A DNA stretch of 64,000 nucleotides from Neocallimastix sp. 'constans' (Eukaryota). The stretch is from assembly GCA_050613775.1 (NCBI GenBank), contig JBODTK010000010.1:1302001-1366000 (forward strand). The letters are read 5' to 3'. The notes below the pieces were generated by a model. That model was not told the origin of the DNA, did no database searches, and worked only from the letters and a program-made list of their open reading frames with translations. Shown one piece after another: positions 46,607 through 64,000 of the stretch (its first letter is position 1; the number at the start of each line of letters is the position of its first letter). A program made the position numbers and the translations under genes.

Positions 46607-47565
46607 TGGCTTTCGTCGTTTTCAGGGCAATCATTCATTTTGTGACCAATTCGTTTACATTGTACACAAAAATTTATTTTTAATTGTTCTAATTTTTTTG
46701 TAATGTCATCTAAATCTTCTATTGTTGATTGAGGGTACCTTAAAGTGTTCATTCTATGTTCAATTCCTTTGTTTATTTCTTCTCTTGATTGCATTTTATG
46801 CCTATTATTTCTTATATTGTTATTATAGTTATCATTATGTTTATTTTTATTATCGTAACGATTATAATTATTATTATTGTTGTTATATTGCTTATTATTC
46901 GATCTGGAATTTGAAGTTGAAAAATAATCATTTCTATAATTATAATTGTTATAATTATTATTATAATTTTTAGATTCATTGAAATCTTTTATTTCTTTCT
47001 TGTTAACTCCGTGTAATTTTTTATATTTATTTTTATTTTCTTCCATTAAAGCAATAATTTTTCCTTTCTTGGATGTTATTTTCATTGCATCCTGAAGTGA
47101 GGTTGGTTCCTCTTCTAATAAGGCTTCATAAATTTTACCCCAATTCTTAAAAGCATTAATATAATATGAAGTGATAACTTGGTCACTAATTTCTAAATTC
47201 ACTTGATTACATAGGGTATTGAATCTTACATCAAATTCAGAAATTCTTTCCCCTTTTTTAATAGTGACTGTAGATAATTCCAATAATCTGGCATTTTTAG
47301 AGGTAGAGACTCTGAAATGTCCTCTTAATTTATTTATTATAGTTTTGTAACTATCTGGTGCTTCTTTGTTTAGTGAATTGAATACAATGGTTCTCGCTAT
47401 ATCTGTAGTTAAGGAGATTAAGTATTCAATTTTATCTTCTTCTTCTTCTATTTTATTAGCTTTACACCAGCGTTCATACGAAAAATGCCATTCCTCAAAG
47501 GAAACCTTATCCTTCCCTAATATAGGTAACCTATTAAAGGTTATTGCCTTGGTTGAATTTTCCAT
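46597..47565 (-). CDS. gag: Gag of element F
   Basis: 322-aa ORF with VTIKKGERISEFDVRF capsid-like motif and CVQCKRIGHKMNDC knuckle. Confidence 0.9.
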   Translation of the reverse strand: MENSTKAITFNRLPILGKDKVSFEEWHFSYERWCKANKIEEEEDKIEYLISLTTDIARTIVFNSLNKEAPDSYKTIINKLRGHFRVSTSKNARLLELSTVTIKKGERISEFDVRFNTLCNQVNLEISDQVITSYYINAFKNWGKIYEALLEEEPTSLQDAMKITSKKGKIIALMEENKNKYKKLHGVNKKEIKDFNESKNYNNNYNNYNYRNDYFSTSNSRSNNKQYNNNNNNYNRYDNKNKHNDNYNNNIRNNRHKMQSREEINKGIEHRMNTLRYPQSTIEDLDDITKKLEQLKINFCVQCKRIGHKMNDCPENDESHLN

Positions 47566-47690
47566 TATTATTATTATTTTATTTATAAATTTTAAAAAGA
47601 AACCTTACAATTTATATTTTCGCTTATCTTAATTTATGAATTTATGAATTATTTTACTTATTTCTTTTTTATTTATTCTTGCAAAAAGAA

Positions 47691-47725
<35 letters not shown>

Positions 47726-48095
47726 ATTCTTTCGACTGTAGATAGTAGTATTTGTATACAATTTTATTTTAATTAACACCTTTGCCTCACAACCATAAAA
47801 AAAAAACCGGCGGTGTTAATATAACAAAAAGGGAACAAGTAAACCCTTAAAAGAAAATTTTAAAACTATATATTTAATCTTAGACCTTCGGTGATCTAAG
47901 CGCATTAACCGTTGTTAACTCGTTTACTGCAACCTCACTCTGTTGAAGAGATATGGGATTAGATTACGTCTTTTATAGTAATCCTTTACGCAGTCTCTAA
48001 CCAAATAGATTCGTCTAAACGAGTTGCAAATGAGCTTATTGAATACACTCAAAAACAACGTATAACCGAGTATTCTAACACTCGTCCTAATAATT

Positions 48096-48146
<51 letters not shown>

Positions 48147-48962
48147 CTACTTAAATCTACTTGAATAATTAAAATAGATATAACTTACTCGTATAGGAGT
48201 TATATCACTCACTCTCCACCAATTGACAAACGATTCTATTATCTTAATTTGAAGTTATTACTTCAAAAGTGATAATAGATGTATCAAGTTTGAATTAATA
48301 TAAATTTAATATGAATGAATTTATGTTATTATTATTAATAATTAAGTTATTATTATTCTAGCTTAACACTGAATTGTTATTAATTTTTCAAAATTATACA
48401 TTTCTTTTGTGTTTAGAATTAATTTTTATTATTATATTTATTAATTTTTATTATTATTTATTAATTTTTATTATTATTTATTATTATAATATTTGGTTAT
48501 TATTTTTTTTATTACATTTCTAATAACAACGAGAAATTAATTTTATAAAATATTTACAAGTATTTATATTTTTACAATAATTTAAAGTATTTACAATTTT
48601 TAATAATAAAATAATTAAGAATAATTATATTTATAAAAATAAACAATAAAATAAACAAATAAACAATTAATACAAGAATTATTATAAACAAAGAATTCAA
48701 AATAATAAAAAAAAAGAGAAAATTGTTTACAAACTATTTACTTTTAATTAAAAAGAGAAATTAATTAACATTAGTATTTCATTATTTTAAAAATTAAAAT
48801 AGAATTAAAGTATAATTTCGAGTTTTAGAATTTAATTAAAATAAATCTTTTTATTATGATTTTAATTTCAAATTTTAATTTATTAATTTGTTGTTGAATA
48901 GGTTAGATATTATTCAAGCTTTCTAATAATTTTATGCTTAAGAATTCCAATCTGTATCAAAA

Positions 48963-49842
48963 TGTAAGAATCTATAATTATTTGTTAGCAAATAATTATA
49001 TTTTCTTAGTTAAGTTATTATAACTATAACTTTATTTAATTACATATAATATTTATTAAATTTATTTAATTTAATTTTAAATATTCATTAATTTAACAAA
49101 ATTTATTTAATTAATTTTAAATAATATATTTACAATATGCTAAATTCTCTACTGTATTTAATGTATTTTGTATTGTATTTTATTCTGTATTTTATAATGT
49201 ATTCTGTATTTTATAATGTATTCTGTATTTTATTAACTATTTAATTTTATATTTTTAATATAAGGATAAATTATATGATCGAAATATCTTTTATTATTTT
49301 ATTCTTTTATTTTCGATCATTAGATTGGAAAATCGGTTAATTAAGATTTTTTCCAATTACTTTTTAGAAGTAATCGGTTTTACTTAATTAATGCGATGAT
49401 CGATATGGATAGAATATCGATCGAAAACTTATCTAGGTTTTTCTATCTAATCTTTTCCTAGATAAGAGATTTGTTAAGATTAGAAAACCCTTTCTTATTT
49501 AACCTTATTTTCATAAAAAAATATAAATAAGGCTCTTGAGTTCTCTTTGAGAAATCAAGAGTTATTATTATAAAAAACATAGTTATAATAGTAACATTTT
49601 TATATTTTTAACTTTAATAAATTAATAAAAATATTTTATTCAAAAACATATTTTTAAGATCAATTTATACAAACAATTCTTCTCTTACATTTTGTGTTAT
49701 TATTATAATTAATTTTATAATAAACTCTACATTAAAGGTAAAAAAAAAATTTATTTTATTTTATTTTCTCAACTTAATGAATTAGTCGTTAAGTTGTAGT
49801 TAATAATTCTATTTTGAGTTAGTTCTTAATAGAATTATTACA
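48963..49842 (+). mobile_element. Solo LTR family A (A3)
   Basis: Termini tgtaag...ttaca. TSD caaaa at 48958-48962 and 49843-49847. Confidence 0.9.
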
Positions 49843-50613
49843 CAAAATTGATACGATATATTTTAAATATTCGTATTTACAATAGTTTTGGGCGCTACAC
49901 TGGGGAATTGTATTAAATTATATATTCTAATAATAATATTAATTATTTTATTTAATTATTTAAAAATTTTTATTTTATGATATTTGTTTTGTAATATTTT
50001 ATTTTTATTTTATTTTATTTTTATTTTATTTTATTTTATTTTATTTTATTTTATTTTTATCATATTAATTAACTATTAATAATTATAATTTAATTATAAT
50101 ATTCTACAATTAATTACTTAAACAACTAATTTTATTAAAACTAATAACTAAACTACTATCTTAACTAATTAAAACATTTTTCTTATATTAAATCAACTAT
50201 TACTAATTAACCTATATCAATAATTTTTTTTAACAAAAACATTTTTTTTTTTTTTTATAATATTTTTATATATTTTTTTTTTATAATTATTATCTCTATA
50301 TTAAATCATAATTGTTATATTTTATATAAACATTAATATAAAAGTTTATATTATAATAATTAAATTTTATACTATAATAATATTATTTTATATGATTTAT
50401 AATTAATATAATTCATCATTTTTATATAATTAATTTTATAATAATATATATTTTACAAACTTTATATAATTAATATAATTTAATAATAATTTTAAAATAT
50501 CATTATTTTTCTTTTCATCTTGTATCAGAACGCCCACGCTTTAGATCAGACTTCGTCCCTTGAAGTCTAAAGAATATTTGTATGAAATAATAAATTTTAA
50601 AATTTATAAGGCA

Positions 50614-52430
<1,817 letters not shown>

Positions 52431-52440
<10 letters not shown>

Positions 52441-52991
52441 TTGCTATCGCTTCTAATATTTTGCTGATGAGGATTTTGATTATCAAAGTACCTAGGATTA
52501 CTTTTATTTGTTATTTCTTCAATATTTCTTGCATTATTGTAGTTATCATTGCTATAGTTGTCATAATTAGTATTATTAGTATTATAATTATTATTTCCAT
52601 AATTACTATTACTGTTATAATTATTATTTCTATTATAATTATTATTGTTATTATACATATTATTGTTATTATAATTATTATTGTTATAATTGCTATTAAT
52701 ATAATTATTATTGCTATAATTGTTATTATTATAATTATCATTGTTATTATAATTATTTTTTCCTCTATTGTTGTTGTTCCTAAAATTATAATTACCATTG
52801 TTAATATTATTATTATTGGAATTATTATTATAGTTACCAAAATTATTATTATTATTATTATTGTTACTGTTATTGAAATTATTATAATTACTATTATTGC
52901 TACTATTAATATTACTGTTATAGAAATTATTATAATTATTATTGTTATTATAATTACTGTTATAATTATTATTACCATATAGAGTATTATA

Positions 52992-53024
<33 letters not shown>

Positions 53025-54002
53025 ATTATAATTATTTCCATTATTTCCGTTATTAAACATTCTATTTCCATTATTATTATAATTATTTTCATTATAAAAT
53101 CCAGAATTAAATTTTCCGAAGGTCATTAATTGATTCTGATCCTGATTATAATTAAGAGATTTATTTTTATTTCTTAAATTTCTTTTGTTACATTCTCTTG
53201 CTTTGTGACCTGGTTCGCCACAGAGGTAGCAAGTAAAATTTCTAAATTGATTATTATTATTGTTGTTATTATTATACCTTGAATTAAATCTTTCTTGACG
53301 ATATCGACCAGTAGAAAACAGATCAGCATTGCCCACATAATACGCATTTTGTATAGAATTATCTAAATCCCTATTTCCTTCGGTCAATCCTCTATATAAT
53401 GGATGTTCTAATAAAGAATTTTGACAATTAGAATTATTTTGGAAGACCATAGAAGTGTTGAGAAATTCATTATTTCCTATGGTCCTTTTTTCGGCTTTCT
53501 CGGCTCTTACAGCCACTTCAAAAGCATCCGACAAGGTATCACATTCGGCTAAGAGAATTTGAGAATGAACATATATTCTTGATTTTATTGAATTTAAATA
53601 ATCATCGACTGATATAATCTTCTGATAATCTCTATCTAATCGATGATACAAGGTTAAATAACGGTAGTTAAAATTCTTTATATTTTCATTTGGTTTTATT
53701 TTCAGATTTTTTAAAACTGAGCATTTATCAGCTGGTTTTATATCCATATACTTTTCAATAGCTGATTGCACTTCTTTATAGTTTGGATACCTTGTGATAT
53801 TATTCCGAGTGGTTACTAATGATTTCAAAACGTTCCTCAAGTCAGCCTCCACGGCTATTTTTAGCCATACAAAAATTCTAGATGAATCTTGGATGTCATG
53901 CATTTCCATGACACCCTTAAAATCTTCTATCCATGTGTCTATGTCTTTACCATAGTCACATAGATATGGTAGATCACGTTTTACTTTGGAAGCGTCAACC
54001 AT
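52431..54002 (-). CDS. gag: Gag of element G with long Asn/Tyr-rich C-terminus
   Basis: LKIKPNENIKNFNYRY motif and CYLCGEPGHKAREC knuckle, followed by roughly 200 aa dominated by Asn. Confidence 0.9.
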
Positions 54003-54151
54003 TATTAATTAACTACTAAAAAAAAGGAAAAAAAAATGAAACAAAACTTATATTTAATACGTAATTTATTTTCTTATTTAATTCGACTTATCTCTAATAT
54101 TATTTATTTATTTTTACTATTATATATATATATATATTTTAATAAAAAAAA

Positions 54152-54182
<31 letters not shown>

Positions 54183-54936
54183 AATATTATTATTATTTTC
54201 ATATAATTTAATAGTGCAGCGCCCGGATTCTCCACCAAAAATATGATACGATATATTTTAAATATTCGTATTTACAATAGTTTTGGGCGCTACACTGGGG
54301 AATTGTATTAAATTATATATTCTAATAATAATATTAATTATTTTATTTAATTATTTAAAAATTTTTATTTTATGATATTTGTTTTGTAATATTTTATTTT
54401 TATTTTATTTTATTTTTATTTTATTTTATTTTATTTTATTTTATTTTATTTTTATCATATTAATTAACTATTAATAATTATAATTTAATTATAATATTCT
54501 ACAATTAATTACTTAAACAACTAATTTTATTAAAACTAATAACTAAACTACTATCTTAACTAATTAAAACATTTTTCTTATATTAAATCAACTATTACTA
54601 ATTAACCTATATCAATAATTTTTTTTAACAAAAACATTTTTTTTTTTTTTTATAATATTTTTATATATTTTTTTTTTATAATTATTATCTCTATATTAAA
54701 TCATAATTGTTATATTTTATATAAACATTAATATAAAAGTTTATATTATAATAATTAAATTTTATACTATAATAATATTATTTTATATGATTTATAATTA
54801 ATATAATTCATCATTTTTATATAATTAATTTTATAATAATATATATTTTACAAACTTTATATAATTAATATAATTTAATAATAATTTTAAAATATCATTA
54901 TTTTTCTTTTCATCTTGTATCAAAATTTTCCAAGCA

Positions 54937-55029
54937 GCTCGTGTAGCCTAGAGGTTTAAGGCGTCGTGCTTATAAGGGAGTACCTCTTATGCAACGCGAA
55001 GATCGCGGGTTCGACCCCCGCCATGAGCA
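54937..55029 (+). tRNA. tRNA-Ile(UAU) with 19-nt intron, copy 3
   Basis: Exons identical to copy 2. One substitution in the intron (agggagtacc vs agggtgtacc). Confidence 0.95.
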
Positions 55030-57246
55030 AAATAAATTTTACGTTTTATTTTTTTTTTAATTTATTATATATATTTCATTATCTATATCTATATTATCTA
55101 TATATATTATAATTTTAAAAATTTTATTATTTTATTATTTTTTCTATTTTATTTTATTTTAATTTTTTTTAATTCCTTTTTTTTTTTTAAAAAAAAAAAT
55201 AATTATTTAGACCATTTTATTTTTATATCTTTTTAATTTCTCTTTTAATAATTATTTTTATTTATTTTATTAAAAAAAAATTTTAAATATAAAATTTAAT
55301 TAATTAAAGTAAAATAAATTTTTTTTTTTCTTTTTTTTTTTTTTTACGATATATAAATTATAAATAAATAATTTCAATTATTTAATGTTATAAAATATTG
55401 TATATATATATAATATAATTAAACCAATCCATAGTTAATATGTTAAATTGTAAATAAATAATATTATATATACATTATGAAATAAATAATAATAATAATA
55501 AAATTATTTTCTATAAATTTAAGAGATTTAATCCTATTTATACAAAACAATCATTAAGAAAAAAAAAATTCTAAATAAAAAATTATATATTTAAAATATT
55601 AGATTTCCATTACTTAAAAAAATATATATATACATTGATAATTAACTTTAATAATTATTAGTTATTCAATTTAGTTCAATTTAAACTAATTTTTCCTTTA
55701 TTTTAATAATAAAAAATATCTATTAAATATTACTATTAAGCTAATTTTACAGTAACCATACAAAGAACATATTAATATTTCAAATCTCTCTTTTATATTT
55801 TATAAATTATATACTAATACTATTTAATTTTTAAGATATTATTAATATAAATATTTATAAAATATTATAATAATAATAATAATAATATCAATATATTTAT
55901 ATGTTTTAAATATATATATATAAAATAATATTAATAAATACCTGTGAATTCATATATAAATAATTTCAAACTAAATAGAAATACAATTTTACTTATTATA
56001 TTTTTAATATTTATTGTTAAAACTTCAAGTCAATTTGGTTTTGACGATTAGGTCAAGATATTAAATTATATTAATATCAAATTATTATTGGATAATAATT
56101 AATTTTTAGGGATTAGAATTTTAAAATTAATATTAAAAATATATTAATTAAAATAATTAAATTAATTAGTATATATTACTATAATTTGGCATCTTGGCCT
56201 AATCTTTATAGCCATATTTATTCCAAAGTATTAACATTTATACTATAAAAATTAACTATTAAAACTAAATATTTATAAAAAGTTTCAATATTGATACAAA
56301 GGGTCTTTTATCTTAATCTAATATAGAATTAAAAGTGATAATGGACTGTATCAAAATAAGAAGAAAAATGTATAAATAATACAAAAATTTAATAATATTT
56401 TATTATAACAAATTTGTTTTATTATAATTTTTTATTTATTACAATTTTTATTTTCTTATTTATTTATTTATTTTCTTATTTATTTATTTATTTGTTTATT
56501 TATTTATTTATTAATTATCTAATTTTATATTAAATTTTTAATAAAAATTTAAATATGCTTATTAAATCAAAATTAAATATAGATACTAATTTAAATAATA
56601 TGAATAATTAATTTTATATATCAATTATAAAATTTAATAACGAAGAATAATTAAATAAAGAAAATATTTACATCTATTTAGTTTTTTTCACAAGTATTAT
56701 ATTAATTTATATTATAAATGATAAAAGAAATAAAAAGAAATAAAAAGAAATAAAAAGACATAAAAGGAAATAAAAGAAGATCATTTGTTTACAAGTTTAA
56801 TATTTACTATATTATTTTAAATTTTATTTACAAGTTTATTTAATATATAAAGTTATTGTTAAAATAATAATTTAATATTAGAAATAATTAGAACTAAAAA
56901 TATTTTTTTTACATTAAATATTAATTAACGAATTGATAATATTTGAAAAAAGAATATATTTATTATATTATATTTTAAAATATTATTAATAAAATATTGT
57001 TATTAATAATTGTTTGTAGTTTATTTATAATTTTGTTTATTATTTTATCTTTTATTTATTTTATTATTATTAAGATAAAATTTTATTATAATTTTTCTTA
57101 AAAGTATAATTTTATAGAAGAGTTCAATTTAATTTTATTTTAAGTTTACGGTTGGGTATCTATTTAATAAATGGAATAAGCATTGGATTAGGTTAGTATG
57201 ATTAAATTTACAAAGTATTGATTTATTATTTCATTATAATTTTTTG
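55030..57246 (+). repeat. Spacer of the tRNA-Ile tandem repeat unit
   Basis: Colinear with 20742-22081 plus 28542-29797. Partial copies at 3644-3945, about 17560-17629 and 63591-64000. Confidence 0.9.
56015..56236. mobile_element. 222-bp foldback (MITE-like) element in the spacer; second copy 21922-28602 is split by the copia element
   Basis: Termini tgttaa...ttaaca. TSD tttat. Subterminal inverted repeat gattaggtcaagat...aaattata / tataatttggcatcttg(g/a)cctaatc. Confidence 0.7.
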
Positions 57247-57965
57247 CATTGATATGGGCACAGATCATACACAATATTTTAAAAACACAATATTAAATAT
57301 TATAAATAAATTTTTATTAGTTTAAAAGTATTTTATAAATTTTTATTTTATTTTATTGTCGTCCTTTTTCAAAAGAAAGAAAATTTTTTCCTTTTATAGT
57401 TTTTTACATGAATCTTGAATTGAACAATAACATATATATTTATTTATATTATTCTATTATGGATGTTATTTTAATATTAATATATTTTAAAATTAACCTA
57501 TTCTAAAGTATCTATTTTAAAATATAGTTGTATAATTATTAATGATTTATTTATATTTAAAATTTTAACTATCTATTCTAATAATGTTTTAATTTATCAA
57601 TTAATATATAATTTAATATTCTTGTAAATTATTAATATTATATTCTTATAAAGTTTATTATTGTAAAAAGAATACTGAAAATAATAATCTATTTTAGAGA
57701 AAACAATAAAAATAATAGTTAGTATTGTCAATCGATTTAATTTTATACAGAATTAAATATTTCTGTATTTATTTTATTAAAAACAATTTATAGATAATTA
57801 TTTTTATTAGAAATAATTTTATTATAAATAAAAATTTTTTTATTATAACTATTTTAATTTTAAATAATTTCATTATTATAAACATTTTATATTTTTTTCT
57901 TTTTATTATTTTTATGTATGCTTATTTGAAGTAAATAAGCTAGTTCCGGATCAGAATCTCCCCGC

Positions 57966-62579
<4,614 letters not shown>

Positions 62580-62589
<10 letters not shown>

Positions 62590-63590
62590 GACTTATTGTT
62601 ATTATTAATATTATTGATACTAAGCTTTCCTTCTTCTTCCATTATGGCTAATTCACGATAAAAATATGGACAATCTTGTAATTTATATCCGAATTGATTG
62701 CATTTAAAACATTTTAATGTTTTATTATTATTATTAATATAATTGTTATTATTGACATTATTATAATTATTATTTTTAACTTGTTTATTCAAATTCCTAT
62801 CATTGTTTACATTGTTTGTGAGAAATCTTTCATTATTAATGTTATTATTGCTATTACTATTATATCTCGTATTATTGAAGTTATTATTTTATTAAGATTA
62901 TTATCATTTTTCAAATAATTATTATTGAAATTGTTCCTATTGTAACTGTCAAAATTATTAAAATTGTTATTATGATAATTATTATAAGGGTCATATTGAG
63001 AATAGTTATTGTTTAATCCTTGATTAAATCGGTTATTGTATTCATTATTATTATAAAGATTAGAATAAGAATTGTAATAATTATTATACTTTCTATTATA
63101 TTTAAAATTCATATTTCCATTGTTATTAGGAATATTGAAGGATTTATTATTAGTATAAAGGACGGGATTTATGTTATTATCAAAAGTGTCATAATAAGGA
63201 TTATTGTGTAAGAAATTAAAAGGAGAGCTATTGGGCATATAATAAGGATTGAAAACTATTATTTTCATTTCCCAAAGCCATTATTATGTTATTCGGAATG
63301 TTTGGTGTTTCAGTTGCGTTTTCGGCTAATTCAGCAATTTGGAGTGCCTCTTCAAGTGTATCTGGTTGAGCAGTAATTACTTGGGTTCTGACAAAAGGTC
63401 TACTTGATATAGAATTACAATAATCTTTAATTGTGATAAATTCCTGGGATTCAGGGTTTAATGAATTATGTAAGTTATTATATCTCCAATTAAAATCCCT
63501 AATAGTTTCGTTTCTTCTTATTTTAAGTGCCTTTAAATTAAACCATTTTTCTTGTTGGGTAACTTCCAGATAATCTTCAATAGCGGTTTT
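62580..63590 (-). pseudogene. gag: Frameshifted, N-terminally truncated gag of element H
   Basis: Minus strand LKALKIRRNETIRDFNWRY at about 63540-63480. Degenerate knuckle. Ends SLN* at a TTTAAAC site. Confidence 0.8.
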
Positions 63591-64000
63591 ATGTTTATTA
63601 AATCAAAATTAAATAAAAATATTAATTTAAATAATATGAAGAATTAATTTTATATTTCAATTATAAAATTAATAACAAAGAATAATTGAATAAAGAAAAT
63701 ATTTACATCTATTTAGTTTTTTTCACAAGAATTAAACTAATTTATATTTTAAATAATAAAAGAAATAAAAGGGAATAAAAAGAAATAAAAAGAAATAAAA
63801 AGAAATAAAAAGAAATAAAAAGAAATAAAAAAAAAAATAATTAAAAAGAAATGAAAAGAAATAAAATAAATAAAAGGACATAAAAGGAAATAAAAGATGA
63901 TCATTTGTTTACAAGTTTAATATTTGCAATATTATTTTAAATTTTCAAGTTTAATATGTACAAGATTATTTAAAATTTTATTTACAAGTTTAATATTGTA

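Larger units (their letters stand above)
42088..48959 (-). mobile_element. Full-length, apparently intact Ty3/gypsy element F
   Basis: 736-bp LTRs at 42088-42823 and 48224-48959 with no difference found by eye. PBS TGGTGGAGAG at 48221-48212. Open gag and pol. TSD aaat. Confidence 0.96.

Noticed and set aside
46134..46703. 189-aa hydrophobic + strand ORF as a possible env-like or antisense gene
   Set aside because: Antisense shadow of the Glu/Asn/Lys-rich pol N-terminus. Similar shadows occur throughout the pol and protease ORFs.
47985..48002. Group I intron in the F leader (minus strand ttagagactg resembles the R element)
   Set aside because: No matching S element or P7 partner was found, so it is kept only as a generic structured leader.

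Overview
Extremely AT-rich eukaryotic DNA. The AT content, (AAT)n tracts and an intronless S8 peptidase with CBM18 and ricin-B modules suggest an anaerobic gut fungus (Neocallimastigomycota); this assignment is inference. The window holds one host protein gene (10648-15051) and three intron-containing tRNA-Ile(UAU) genes (3551, 20649, 54937), which belong to a decayed tandem repeat with a ~2.3-2.7 kb unit. The main structure is a tRNA-targeted LTR-retrotransposon stacking system. Many different LTR families have inserted one after another at essentially the same position, 10-16 bp upstream of each tRNA gene. This gives end-to-end arrays in which neighbours are separated only by a 4-bp target-site duplication (TSD): attt at locus 1, ttga at locus 2, agat/aaat at locus 3. 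A second LTR family with a 5-bp TSD inserts at the same junctions with a fixed offset. The largest stack (29798-54926) has 9 insertions, including one apparently intact Ty3/gypsy element. Five gypsy families share a -1 frameshift cassette, and four share a 19-nt hairpin at fixed spacing from the 3' LTR without a canonical PPT. A degenerate Ty1/copia element in the tRNA spacer has a primer-binding site matching the anticodon arm of tRNA-Lys(CUU). All alignments were done by eye.
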